Source: Octopus sinensis
Lineage: Eukaryota
DNA: 64,000 nt
Assembly (NCBI RefSeq): GCF_006345805.1
Contig: NC_042999.1
Location: forward strand, 58,404,001 to 58,468,000
Reading direction: 5' to 3'
The notes under the pieces: model-generated
Seen by the model: the letters and a program-made list of their open reading frames with translations, nothing else
The model's database searches: none
Told to the model about the DNA's origin: nothing
In this document: positions 1 to 12,722 of the stretch, one piece after another
How the letters are laid out: each line of letters begins with the position of its first letter
How positions within the stretch are numbered: position 1 is the stretch's first letter
Position numbers and translations under genes: made by a program

Positions 1-445
1 ATTAGGACTTACTCCATTTCACCCTGCCCTATCCCACTAAGTTCGTTTGATAGCTGCAAGGGTCTTTCTGTTGTATGTATGATATTTGTAAAATAATAAT
101 TATTTTTCTTCTTCTGTAATATATAACCGTAAGGCTTCGTGTTGTTGTACATGCTTAATTCTTCGTCTATTGTATTTATATAATATCTTGTTTATTTCTG
201 TCTCAGTATACATTCGCTAGATTTTGTGCCAGTAGCTTAATAACAGCACTGGCGCCTCTAGGATTGAGTGGTCTCAATGATAATGGCGCGAAACCACGGT
301 GATATTTTGGTTCATTGACTGAGAACTCAGCTGCGAATATTCCGTGTATCGAATCTTTGTCTATATTCCCCGTCCGTTAAGATTTAGTTTTCCGTTTGCT
401 CAGCTTTCATCTACCTTTTCTCTCTTTGTTTGTTCTATCTGTTCA

Positions 446-449
446 ATAT

Positions 450-491
<42 letters not shown>

Positions 492-552
492 ATATATATA
501 TATCTATATATTATATATATATATATATATATAATATATATGTATATATATG
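446..552. repeat. (TA)n microsatellite
   Basis: Long, slightly interrupted TA dinucleotide run. Confidence 0.95.
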
Positions 553-839
553 ATAAAGATTATTTGCCAACATAAGGGAAATAACTCTGGAACTGTGGTC
601 CATAGATATTGCTTTGTGGTGGGTGAGTGTGTTAAAATCCCCTGTTTGAAAATATAAGGACACAAATAATGTGTCGTATAACCAGCTAGAGACAATGTTT
701 CTCGGAGCTAAGCAACAGTAACATTCGTCCCAACCGGGACTGTCACATAATGTTGGCAAATAATCTTTACTTTGAGGTATTGTTACTGGATGTCTCTCGT
801 TTACAGATTTCGGAACAATAAATGTTTATGCGCACCGCA

Positions 840-1020
840 CACACACACACACACACACACATAGACACACACACATACATACATACATAAATACATACAT
901 ACATAATACATACATACATAGATACATACATACATAGATACATACATACATACATACATACATACATACATACATACTCATACATACATACATACATACA
1001 TACATATTATATATATATAC
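840..1020. repeat. (CA)n/(TACA)n compound microsatellite
   Basis: Directly visible tandem repeats. Confidence 0.95.
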
Positions 1021-1026
1021 AGTATT

Positions 1027-1256
1027 TATATAAACTTTTATAATTATGAGTATAATTATAATTAGGATTCAGCAAAAATTTGCTTCACCACATACCGAAA
1101 TTTAGAACTAGCAGTTGAAACTAACTATTTCACTACTACGAGAAAATCTGAAATAGTTAGTTTTAACTGCTATTTCTAAATTTCGGTATGTGGTGAAGCA
1201 GATTTTGGCTGAACCCTAATTATAATTATACTCATAATTATAAAATTTTATGTATA
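1027..1256. mobile_element. Fold-back/MITE-like inverted repeat (~105-bp arms, 16-bp spacer)
   Basis: ttataattatgagtataattataattaggattcagc...ctaactatttca is mirrored by tgaaatagttag...gctgaaccctaattataattatactcataattataa. Confidence 0.75.
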
Positions 1257-1326
1257 AGTTTACCGATAATGGTTCTTATAACATACCGAACACTACTTGG
1301 TAAAATTATTAAAATTACAGCATTTA

Positions 1327-1393
<67 letters not shown>

Positions 1394-1395
1394 TA

Positions 1396-1608
1396 GTTAA
1401 TCCAACAAGAAAACACAAAAAAAACACAACAACGCGAGGACGTGGACAATATAGTATTATTGGACGCTCAGGAAAGAAGGGAAGGAGGAGGGTTTAACGT
1501 TTCAAGCGGAGCTCTTCGTCGGAAACATAGGAGAAGGAAAGATCCAGAGAAGAGAAGACAGAAGAAAAAAATCGCCAACGGTACACATGAGGTCACATTT
1601 TGAAAGAC
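1396..1608 (-). mobile_element. Dispersed Penelope-pLTR-like repeat (family E) with variant hammerhead motif at 1492-1526
   Basis: Homologous to 11755-11955, 60540-60735 and 63876-64000; minus strand reads GTTT CCGACGA A GAGC TCC GCTT GAAACGTT AAAC; abuts (TA)n. Confidence 0.65.
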
Positions 1609-1661
1609 ATGTGTGTGTGTGTATGTGTGTGTGTGTGTGTGTGTGTATAAATATATGTATA

Positions 1662-2067
1662 GGTGCAGGAGTGGCTGTGAGGTAAGTAGCTTGCTTACCA
1701 ACCACATGGTCCCGGGTTCAGTCCCACTGCGTGGCACCTTGGGCAAGTATCTTCTACTATAGCCTCGGGCCGACCAAAGCCCTGTGAGTGGATTTGGTAG
1801 ATGGAAACTGAAAGAAGCCCGTCGTATATATGCATATGTATATGTATGTGCGTGTGTTTGTGTGTCTAAGCTTGTCCCCTCCAACATCGTTGACAACCGA
1901 TGCTGGTGTGTTTACGTTCCCGTAACCTAGCGGTTCGGCAAAAGAAACCGATTGAATAAGTACTAGGATTACAAAGAATAAGTCCTGGGGTCGATTTGCT
2001 CGACTAAAAGGCGGTGCTCAAGCATGGCCGCAGTCAAATGACTGAAACAAGTAAAAGAGTAAAAGAG
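1662..2067 (+). mobile_element. Full-length tRNA-derived SINE (family A, CORE-like central domain)
   Basis: A-box-like TGGCTGTGAGG and B-box-like GGTTCAGTCCC, then CCTTGGGCAAGT (CORE-like), tail gactgaaacaagtaaaagag; further copies at 8762, 44185, 44996 and 55905. Confidence 0.85.
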
Positions 2068-2706
2068 TAATATATACATATAATGCACGCACACATGTAT
2101 TTATGTTTGTATAAATATATATGTATGAATACACACATACACATACATATACATATAAGTAAATACACACACACACACATATATAAATGAATAAAATATA
2201 TAAGTACGTGTGCATATGTAATAATACTTATAATCGCATCACAACCTAAATACCACGCCCACATGTCGAGCACTCTTAACGAACCGAGAAAAATACTTTT
2301 AATATGGATAAAGAATACGACTCTACCACCAAACCAGGTTTCTGTATTACACTTCAGCAGCGAGTATATTCCCGTGTGGCTTCTGCAACGACAACAAATA
2401 CTTCTTCCTCATATATATACACATGTTAGTACATGTTCACATGTATGTAGATATATATACATAGATATGGACATATGTTTATAGATATGTACTGACGTGT
2501 GTACATACATTAAAGTGCATGCATACATAACTAGTTACCTACCAACTTATCTAATGAGGAACTCATACACGGACATTTACATACATATATAAGTACAGAC
2601 ACGCATACATACATACATGTATACATACATACATGCATACATAAATACATACAAATCAAGATGCATATGTAATGCATGCTTATATGCGTATATGATACTA
2701 TACATG

Positions 2707-2759
2707 TCTGTCTGTCTGTCTATCTATCTATCTGTGTGTCTGTCTGTCTGTCTACCGGC

Positions 2760-2798
<39 letters not shown>

Positions 2799-2838
2799 TC
2801 TATCTCTCTATATATATATCTGTCTGTCTATCTGTGTC

Positions 2839-2933
<95 letters not shown>

Positions 2934-2945
2934 ATCTATCTATCC
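2707..2945. repeat. (TCTG)n/(TATC)n tetranucleotide microsatellite
   Basis: Directly visible tandem repeats. Confidence 0.95.
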
Positions 2946-3762
2946 ATACACACACATACACACGCACATATTTACATATAACTGGCAGAGTGAGTAGAAC
3001 ATCAGATGCATTGTTTTGCAGTTATCATTCGGACTCCTTGCACTCTGAGTTCATCTCCCATCGAAGTTAACTTTGTCTTTCATCCATTCGGGGTCAAAAA
3101 ACAAAGCATCAGTCTTTGCACCGAAGTAGATTCTTCACTTTCCTTCACTTATTCTTTCTGCCAGTCTGTCTCTCTTTGGAGAGAGATGGCTGAGACAACG
3201 TTTCTTTCTCTAATAGTAGACTAGAATTGAGCCAGGGGCGAGAAATCACTTTCCATAGAAAATAACTTATGCTGATGAAACCTTCCAAGGAACCTCAATG
3301 TGAATAACTATATGGAACAAAAATAAAGAAGACGAATGCAATGGCGGGTGAAGATCGGCAATCGGTCAGTTTTCTGCAATTTTGAATGAAAAACTAATTG
3401 CTTCAGTAGCAACCATGCTCTCAGTATAGTAGTATCTAAGTACTATAATGAAAGAAATGAACATAAACTCACATCAGTGGGATTTTTTCCGATGAAAATT
3501 CGATAACAGGGATATAACACTTCCTGCGAGAACGACTAATATGTAGGTGAGAAATATACTTTTGGCAAGAGAGCTCAATGAATTATTAGACATTTAGTAT
3601 AGCGACAGAAGCCTATACGAAATATATACGATAAAAATTAATCCATATACTGCTGAGTATGCGAAGAAAATTGTTATTTACAGGCCTGGATGAAATTTCA
3701 TTAAGACACCTACAAAGACCGTCTGCTTTTAGAGGGTTTTGTTGTAATAAAGCCAAATAGAA

Positions 3763-3793
<31 letters not shown>

Positions 3794-3907
3794 TGTATGT
3801 ATGTATGTATGTATATATGTATGCATGTATGTATGTATGTATGTATGTATGTATGTATGTATGTATGTATGTATACACTACATACACAATTACACGCATA
3901 CACACAT

Positions 3908-4120
3908 ACCTATTTCTTTACTACCCACAAGGGGCTAAACACAGAGGGGACAAACAAGGACAGACAGACGGATTAAGTCGATTATATCGACCCCAGTGCG
4001 TAACTGGTACTTAATTTATCGACCCCGAAAGGATGAAAGGCAAAGTCGACCTCGGCGGAATTTGAACTCAGAACGTAACGGCAAACGAAATACGGCTACG
4101 CATTTCGACCGGCGTGCTAA
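3908..4120 (-). mobile_element. tRNA-derived SINE (family B)
   Basis: Reverse complement of gttctgagttcaaattccgccgaggtcgactttgcctttcatcctttcggggtcgataaattaagtaccagttacgcactggggtcg...; more than 15 copies in the window. Confidence 0.85.
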
Positions 4121-4147
4121 AGTTTTTCTAACATACCTTCCTACCTA

Positions 4148-4211
<64 letters not shown>

Positions 4212-5496
4212 ACACAGAGTCAAATCGAATAATCAAACATTAATAATATCAATAACGAAACAACAAGAGGACGTGTGCTTGGAATGAATTAGTTTGAATT
4301 AGGTCTTCGTCAGCAAGGAAAATGGAAAAGTCCAGAGAAGGAAAAATATTATCAACAACGCGTGTGCGGTTACATGTACACTCACCTACTTATTTGTCTC
4401 TCTGTCAGTTTGTCAGTCTGTCTGTCTGTCTGCCTGTCTGTCTTTGTCTTTTGTCTAACTGTCTGTGTCTGTCTGTTCCGCCTTCTTTCACTACTGGCAT
4501 ACATATGTGCGTGTATTTGGATGTCTATGTTCGTGTGCAAACTATATGTGGGTGTATCTGCGTGGGAGTGCGCGTTCTCGCTTCCATCAATGAGTATGAT
4601 CATATATATATGTAAAACTGAGAATGTGTGTGTGTATCTGTCTGTCTGTCTGTGTGTTTCTTTTAAAACTTGAGAACTACTCAGCCAATTTCATTCAAAT
4701 TTGACACATGCCTTACTTAGGGTCCATGTAGTTTCATGGGCAAAAAAAGTTCAACTTCTTGCCTAGGGCGAGCCCATAACAATATCATATCTTCTCCACT
4801 ATTTCGGTATTACGTGTTAAAAGTGAAACAAAAACATTTCTCTATTTTATGTCAGATACTTTCACTTTAACAATTTAGAGATAATAATAACAATTGAATT
4901 ATATGCAGTAAGTAATAATTAAAATCAAACGAAATTAAATCGTAACATAACAATTAAAAGTAAAAATAGCAATTGGTATAAAATTGCATCAATGACTTGA
5001 ACTTGAATAAGTGCTTTCACATGAATGGGAATAAATTAAAAATAAAATTAGTGTGCAGAAATGGAATAGTTCAGATGGAGCTGTGCACATACCATTTACC
5101 ACGGCTTTTACATTAGATTATCTGCTAATTAGCTAGCATTAAGTATCTATATGACGTTTGGCTCTATGTAATGTCTGTTTTCTCGAACGGCCGCTTCTAC
5201 TGAGTACTGCTGTTGGTTTATTTCTTATACATAAAGGACTATAGCTTCAACTACGTACTGCTTTTTGATTCACCGTAAGGTTTGTTGTTATTATTATTAC
5301 TGCTTAACTATTGTTATCACGTTTGTTGGTTCCTCGTAAAGGAAACGTTGTTGTATTGCATTTGTTAAATAATTGTAAACCGTAACCCTCCCCCTTGGGA
5401 GAAGGAGCTTTGGTTATTGTTTGAAAATTGAATTGTTTCCCTGTTTAGGGAAATTGACAATATTTTCACCGTTTATACGGAACCATTTTTGTTAAA

Positions 5497-6020
5497 ATGC
5501 CTTCGATAGAAGAAAATCCTAAAATGAATTTCGCTGCAGCCGTCGGCGGGCGCGAACTCATTAAAATTAAAATGGAAGAAATGCAAACCTATTTCGGATT
5601 GATCACCGACAAAGACGGTGAATCTAGGATAACACCACCAAACGAAATAAAAAATAAAATTAAAGAAAAGACTATTGTCTATAAAGTATACAATGTAGAG
5701 TAAAAAAAAAAGATTTGAACACCTGGAGGAAATCACCATCGAAAAGTGTCTTGGAGCGACTATAAAAGATATCTAACCAGAGGCGGTAAATTCGCCACAA
5801 TAGAAGCAAGGTTCGAGTCAACGGAGCGTGCAAGGGAGTACTCGACTCGAACCTTGCAAAGTGGAAATATTTATTTTTACCTTTATATCTGGGACGTAGG
5901 ATGTCCCGGATAAGAATCAAAAATGTCCCCCCAGAAGTAGAGGTAGGCTGGATTGTAGCCACACTTCTATACAAGAGGGAGGACAAGATACGATTGATCG
6001 AAATTGCAAGAGACTGGCCT
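5497..6020 (+). pseudogene. Frameshifted LINE ORF1-like (probably L1/Tx1-type) fragment
   Basis: Across a stop and frameshifts: EKTIVYKVY...YLTRGGKFATIEARFESTERAREYSTRTLQSGNI/FLPLYLGRRMSRIRIKNVPPEVEVGWIVATL; aligns by eye with the ORF at 18649-19251; LINE assignment is inference. Confidence 0.55.
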
Positions 6021-6544
6021 ACAATTCCAGTCTGTTATATATTTTGAGTATTGTTATCACTATCGATATCAAGATATAACTTTGTATTTTGTATTTTATG
6101 TGTAGATGTATATATGTAGGTGTACAAGTAATATGTACACATATATATATACATATATACATGCACTAGCACTATGATCCGGCAACGACGGGTCATAATG
6201 CTAGTATATATATATATGAATACATTAACAATAGCGCGCTTGTGCGTTTGTGTGCGTGTGTGTGCGTATGTGTTAGTGTGCGCGCTTGTATGTGTGAGTG
6301 TGTGTGTGTGTGTGTGTATTTACCGTTGTATGCAGTTCTTTGTATATTCGTATACGAATCTTAAACAAAAATTTGAAAATTTCTATGAAATGCACAACTT
6401 TCTTTTCAATTTTAATACAACATGACTTTATTTTCAAGCCTAAATATGCTCAACATTTTGTTTCGTTACTACCGTAATAGAAAGGAAAATACTTATTCAG
6501 TATTCTGTAGGTTATTGATTTCATAAACAAAATACAATAGATCA

Positions 6545-7380
<836 letters not shown>

Positions 7381-8182
7381 TGATGTGTATGTAGATACAA
7401 TCACTCGCGTGCGCGCACTTACACACATGCGCGCGCACGAAATTTTCTAAAGTACGCACTTATTTTTTCGCTGTTTCTCTAATTAACTAGTTATTCTTTG
7501 TTGAAGATAGAAACTCCAGTAATAATATTGCCTTGTACACACAGAAGAATTAGAAGTAAGTAACGGTCTTTTATATTCTTTTCAATTGTTTGCATGAAGC
7601 AAACTCTTATTTATTCATTAATAATCTATATTACCAGGAGATCAATATGAAAAGAAAACAGAACTGGCATAGAACCAAAATTTATAATATAAATTATCAG
7701 CAGAGATAAACCTAACGGTGCACAGAGAATTTCTTTTGTGAAACACGAGAACAAAGCAGCCAATAAATGGAAATCAAATTTGACGGAAGAAAATCTCACA
7801 CAAGACACAAAATCTGAATAATGAAGAAATAAAAGTAATCTATGACAAATAAAAACGGAGCTGAAAGTAACTATAAAATAACAGTTTTCCATTAGGAATA
7901 AATTAATTTTATAGACATAAGAAAGTTCTATTCACAGAGAATTAGTTTATTATTTGAATTCTTTTCACCACCTTCAGGCTATATATTTCTGCTCTTCATT
8001 TTTTTCTTTTTCTTATTGCAATTAAAGTAATTTTAAAGAGATTCTAGGACTTTGAGTAAGTTTATTATTCATTACTGGTTTTCCTGAAACTAGTTTTCGA
8101 GCAACATATAAGAGTTATTATTAATGAATATAATAGTAATAATAATGATAATAATAATTATAGTAATAATAATAATAATGAT

Positions 8183-8235
<53 letters not shown>

Positions 8236-8247
8236 AATAATAATAAT

Positions 8248-8703
8248 GGGCTACAGCAAATATTCTACTCTATACCACAGATTTGCTTGTCAGTGGTTTG
8301 ACATTAACCAGTTGACCACGTCCCTTAGTGGCTGACGATACGTGCATCTCTGATCACGAGCAGAAGTAGTAGGGGGGCATCATAGCCATGTGTTGAGAGG
8401 GATTCTTTGGGGTTTGAATAATTCATCTCTGGAAACACGAGTTTCGTTCAACATCCTCAAACAATCCTTATTCAGGGACCTCTTGAGCTGGATAGGCTAC
8501 TTGACCAGAAGAAAATTATAACTGGGCCCCACCTGCAAGGTCATGTGCTGTTTGTCTTGATATGAGATCACCATGTCACGCATACACTGTTGTGATGCAT
8601 GTGCCTGGTGTACCCCTATCAGACGGGTAGTCATAATGGGTATACTGGGCTTCGTATATTTTACCCTAGTGTCACTTTGATGGCATGCACTGCTCTCTCA
8701 CTC
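8248..8703 (+). mobile_element. ~455-bp non-coding element flanked by (AAT)n on both sides (family D)
   Basis: Second copy in reverse at 26661-26904 shares the same 5' end (ggg[a/c]tacagcaaatattct) next to (AAT)n; no ORF, no tRNA head. Confidence 0.7.
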
Positions 8704-8758
<55 letters not shown>

Positions 8759-8761
8759 TAT

Positions 8762-8930
8762 GCGCAGGAGTGGCTGTGTGGTAAGTAGCTTGCTTACCAA
8801 CCACATGGTTCCGGGTTCATTCCCACTGCGTAGCACCTTGGGAAAGTGTCTTCTAATATAGCCTCGGGCCGACCAAAGCCTTGTGAGTGGATTTGGTTGA
8901 CGGAAACTGAAAGAAGCCTGTCATATATAT
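8762..8930 (+). mobile_element. SINE family A, 5' half only
   Basis: gcaggagtggctgtgtggtaagtagcttgcttaccaacc...gaaactgaaagaagcc matches 1662-1830. Confidence 0.85.
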
Positions 8931-8933
8931 GTA

Positions 8934-9486
8934 TCTGTGATTGAGGGAGAAAATGTCGATTCTATGGGACTTCCCCGTACATACCGACAAAACTACAAAA
9001 GCTAATAAACCGGATATTATTATAAAAGATCAGCCAAAAATGGTGTGTTTATTAATTGACATGAGTATTCCCTGCGATCACAATATAGCGGCGAAAGAAT
9101 TTGACAAGATCAGTAAATGTAAAGACTTGCTAACAGAAATTGAAAAAATGTGGTATCTCAAGGCGACTACAGTACCAGTGATTGTAGGATCTCTAGGAAT
9201 GATAAAAAAAGGTACTGAAACCTATTTGAAAATGATACCAGGCTTACCACCCCTGCAGGAAGTGCAAAAAATCGTGTTAACTGGAACGACTCATGTATTG
9301 AGAAGAGCATTATCGCTATGAAACAACATCCATTCATGAATTTATTTGTTTATTTTTTTAAATACATATTTTACCTGTGAATTTGCGTGTGTAATCTGGG
9401 AATGCATACAATGAGATTCTCTGCCCTAGGTGTATGGAAAACACTCAGCGAGAAATGGAAGAAAATTTGAAGAAAGAAGGAAAAAA

Positions 9487-9487
<1 letters not shown>
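8934..9487 (+). mobile_element. 5'-truncated R4/Dong-like non-LTR retrotransposon (RLE endonuclease C-terminus plus 3'UTR)
   Basis: ILWDFPVHTDKTTKANKPDIIIKD...LIDMSIP...VPVIVGSLGMI...LRRALSL (PD..D RLE motif); ends in (AAT)n; same subfamily as 55060-55758. Confidence 0.85.
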
Positions 9488-9547
<60 letters not shown>

Positions 9548-9559
9548 TACTATTAGTAA

Positions 9560-9833
9560 TAATTTGGAGTGTGAAAACTGTAAAGGTTACGCCTGTAATA
9601 ACTGGTGCATTAGGAAATGTGAATAAAGATATTTACAAATGACTAAAGGAGATTGAATTAAGATGTCTTATAGAGCTTCCATAGAAAGTTTGCCTCTTAG
9701 AGGCAGGAAAGATTATCTGCAGAATTTTAAGTACTTGAAAGACTATTGAGAGCTTGTGGATGTGCAAGGTTACAGGTAGTAATCCGCTATCCACATAATT
9801 TCTATCAGGAATAAGAACAAACCTGAGTCAAAT
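9560..9833 (+). mobile_element. Decayed 3' end of a second R4/Dong-like subfamily
   Basis: IWSVKTVKVTPVITGALGNVNKDIYK*LKEIELRCLIELP*KVCLLEAGKIICRILST*, a typical RLE-LINE C-terminus, lying after (AAT)n. Confidence 0.6.
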
Positions 9834-10120
9834 CAACAACAACAACAACAACAACAACAACGACGACAACAACGACGACAACAACAATAACAATAACAGC
9901 AGCAGCAACAATAACGACAGTAACAAAAAAAAAACACTACCACCACCACCACCACCGCCGCCGCCACCACCACCGCCAACAACAACAACAACAACAACGA
10001 CGACAACAACGACGACAACAACAATAACAATAACAGCAGCAGCAACAATAACGACAGTAACAAAAAAAAAAACACTACCACCACCACCACCACCGCCAAC
10101 AACAACAACAACAACAGCAA
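9834..10120. repeat. Compound trinucleotide tract (AAC/GAC/AGC/ACC), itself duplicated in tandem
   Basis: The block gacgacaacaacgacgacaacaacaataacaataacagcagcagcaacaataacgacagtaacaaaaaaaaaacactaccaccacc occurs twice. Confidence 0.9.
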
Positions 10121-10122
10121 CA

Positions 10123-10320
10123 GTGGAGGCGAAATGGCCCAGTGGTTAGAGCAGCGGACTCGCTGTTGTAAGAACGCGGTTTCCATCCCCAGACCGGGCA
10201 TTGTGAATGTTTATTGTGCAAAAACACCTAAGCTCCACGTGGCTCCGACGGGGGGTGGTGATGAAACCCGCTGTACTCTTTCACCACAACTTTCACTCTT
10301 TCTTCCTATTTCTGCTATAA
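10123..10320 (+). mobile_element. tRNA-derived SINE (family C), partial
   Basis: ggaggcgaaatggcccagtggttagagcagcggactcgc...; homologous to the full copy at 28325-28707. Confidence 0.75.
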
Positions 10321-10889
10321 AACAGAAGAACCATGGTGTAACCCAATATGGTGTGGTAAACTTTCAGACCCTAGTCTAGATTGCGAATCCTCAGTACCCC
10401 AGGATGGTTCAGCTCTCCACCCGTTAAAAACCACCGTTTACGGACTGAGGATAATAACGTAGCTCTCGCACCCGTGCAATCGCCAGTCTATTGCGTGTGG
10501 TGGGTGGATCTTCAAGTTGTCACGCGCATTCTTAGTAGCTTAGAGTAGGCTCGAATTAGAGATTATTCTTTTTATCGCTAATGGCGCGAGTCCTGACTGG
10601 AAGAAGAAGAAGAAGACAACAGCAACAGCAGCAGCAGCGACAAGAAAAATAATTCTTTCTACTACAAGCTGAAAGCCTGAAATTTTGTAAAAGGGACTAG
10701 TCGATGATCAAACTGACTCCGGTGCTTAACTGGTACTTATTTTATCGACTTCGAAAGGATGAAATGCAAAGCAGTAGTCAGTAAAATAGAACTAAAATTT
10801 TGAAAGATTATTATTTTTGTGCGGCCCGGTGATTTTGAATCCCTGTGCGATATTGTGCGACATAGTGACTGTGAATCCCTCAACTAAAG

Positions 10890-11700
10890 AAACTAATTGA
10901 ATATAATTTCTTTTTGGAATCTATGTAGACCTGATTGTTCCATCTTTTTTATCAGAGTACTCTGTAAGAGAATGACCATCACATAGGCATAGAAAACAAC
11001 AGAGCTTGGGGAATTTTCCTTTGCATGTCTTTTAAAATGCTTTTTAAGTTAAGATATCTACAGAGATGCTATCGGTGATCGCTGTATTGAATTGCATTTA
11101 AAAGGATCTGCATGTTAACATAAGATTCTTTTAAATGCCCCGAATGAACGATAGGGATAGATGGTTTTAAATTTCCATTATGTAATAAAACCGCTTTTAA
11201 ACTTTGTAGTGATGAATCTATAAAAAATTGCCATTCACTTACATGCCTTTTCCGATAACTGTTCAAAAATCCATTAATGTAACGTACAACAACAGAGAGG
11301 ACCACCTACTTAAAAATAAACTGTAAAATCAAAATTTCGCTTTCTTTTGTAACTCACATTTACATTTTCTTCAAGTAAGCGTCTTGCTTTCAAATCAGAA
11401 TTCAGAAGCCCAGCCTTATCTTTAGGCAGTTTTAATTCCCTCACAAAATCGCTCAAAATTTCTTATGGGAAAGCATTTGGATTTATATTCGCTTCTGGTT
11501 CGTATCTGGAGCCCAATAAAATTCCAGAAGTACTGTAAACAATTGCAACTTCATCAATATCTACTTTATCATCAATGGAGGAAGAATAGAAACGGTGCTT
11601 AATCATGCGATACAGGTTTACACGGAGAATCCAAGCTGGTGTCAAAGATATTTGTGTCTTGTTATATTTTAAAGAAAAGTTTTTAATGCTACGTTTTATT
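10890..11700 (-). pseudogene. Decayed Chapaev(-3)-type (CMC superfamily) DNA transposase fragment
   Basis: LDSPCKPVSHD...EILSDFVRELKLPKDKAGLL...WQFFIDSSLQSLKAVLLHNGNLKPSIPIVHSGHLKESYVNMQILLNAIQY...CCFLCLCD; matches my recollection of the WRLFIDSSKxSLKAVLLHNGN...CCFLCLWDS motif series. Confidence 0.7.
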
Positions 11701-11754
11701 TTGTTGTATATATACACCCTACATACATACATACATATATGCATGCATATATAC

Positions 11755-11955
11755 AGGTGGGTTATTGGCGATTTTTTCCTCCTTCTTCCTTTTCTTTTGG
11801 ACTTTCCTGTCTCCTGTTTCCGACGAAGAGCTTCGCTCGAAACGTTAAACAACTACTCTTTCCTTCCTTCTCTGAGCGTCTTATTAATACTTTACATGTA
11901 CCACATCCTCGCATTGTTGTTTTTTTCTTGTCGTCCTTTTCCGCCGTTTTTTTTT
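11755..11955 (+). mobile_element. Family E repeat with variant hammerhead motif at 11816-11850
   Basis: GTTT CCGACGA A GAGC TTC GCTC GAAACGTT AAAC; homologous to 1396-1608. Confidence 0.65.
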
Positions 11956-12212
11956 ACTAATTACATGTGTGTGTATGTATGTGTGTTCTCTGTGTGTGTA
12001 TGTGTGTGTGTGTGTGTGTGAGAGAGAGTGGAAGATTTGCTATTAAAAGTCGAGATGGAGCGTTGCTATGAAAAAGTGGGTTTCAATATTATGACTGTGA
12101 AGAGAAGGTTGCACTTTAGACAGATCGATGCTGTTCCTGTTGTCATTTAACCTCAAGTCAACCGTGATCTAGCAGACCTCTGTCTGTATGCTTACATTAC
12201 TTTGTATGGTTA

Positions 12213-12722
12213 CCGTAAATCCTCGAGTATAATCCGAATTTTTTTCTCAAAATTTAAAGGTCAAAATCCCTAGTGCGTACTATATACGAGGTTAAAAATG
12301 AAAAATATTTTCTAAGCAATGTCCGAGTCTCTATTTTTTGTCCGGCAATGTTTAGTCAGACGCATTTTATGATGTCGGGCGCGAAAATGCCTCAAGCTAA
12401 GCCTGAAAGCAATGAAGTCATAAAAGAATCATCCCTGACTTGCAGTTAGCAACATTTATTAAATGTTATTACTGTTATTTCTTTGTTTTCTGCAAACAAA
12501 ATGCACAAAAAGCTACGCGTTTGCATTATGTTATATTTACAATAATAATAAAGGACATTACTGTATACATTTTTACAAACCAAGGACGTTATATGGACCT
12601 CCTTGACACAAGTTAGAGAAGGGGTGCGTATTATACACAAGGTTTAGGTTTTTCAGAGGTACAGCCCCATAAAATTCCCTGCGTGTTATACTTCACGGCG
12701 GACTATGCTCGAGGATTTGCGG
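12213..12722. mobile_element. Non-autonomous Tc1/mariner-superfamily element (TA target site)
   Basis: TIRs TA|CCGTAAATCCTCGAGTATAATCCG and CGGACTATGCTCGAGGATTTGCGG|TA. Confidence 0.8.

Noticed and set aside
4285-4316. Minus-strand CTGACGAAGACC...CAAAC hammerhead-like remnant
   Set aside because: Helix II and the GAAA are broken, and helix I does not pair.
8332-8366. CTGACGA in family D as a hammerhead core
   Set aside because: No properly placed GAAA or helix III follows it in either copy.
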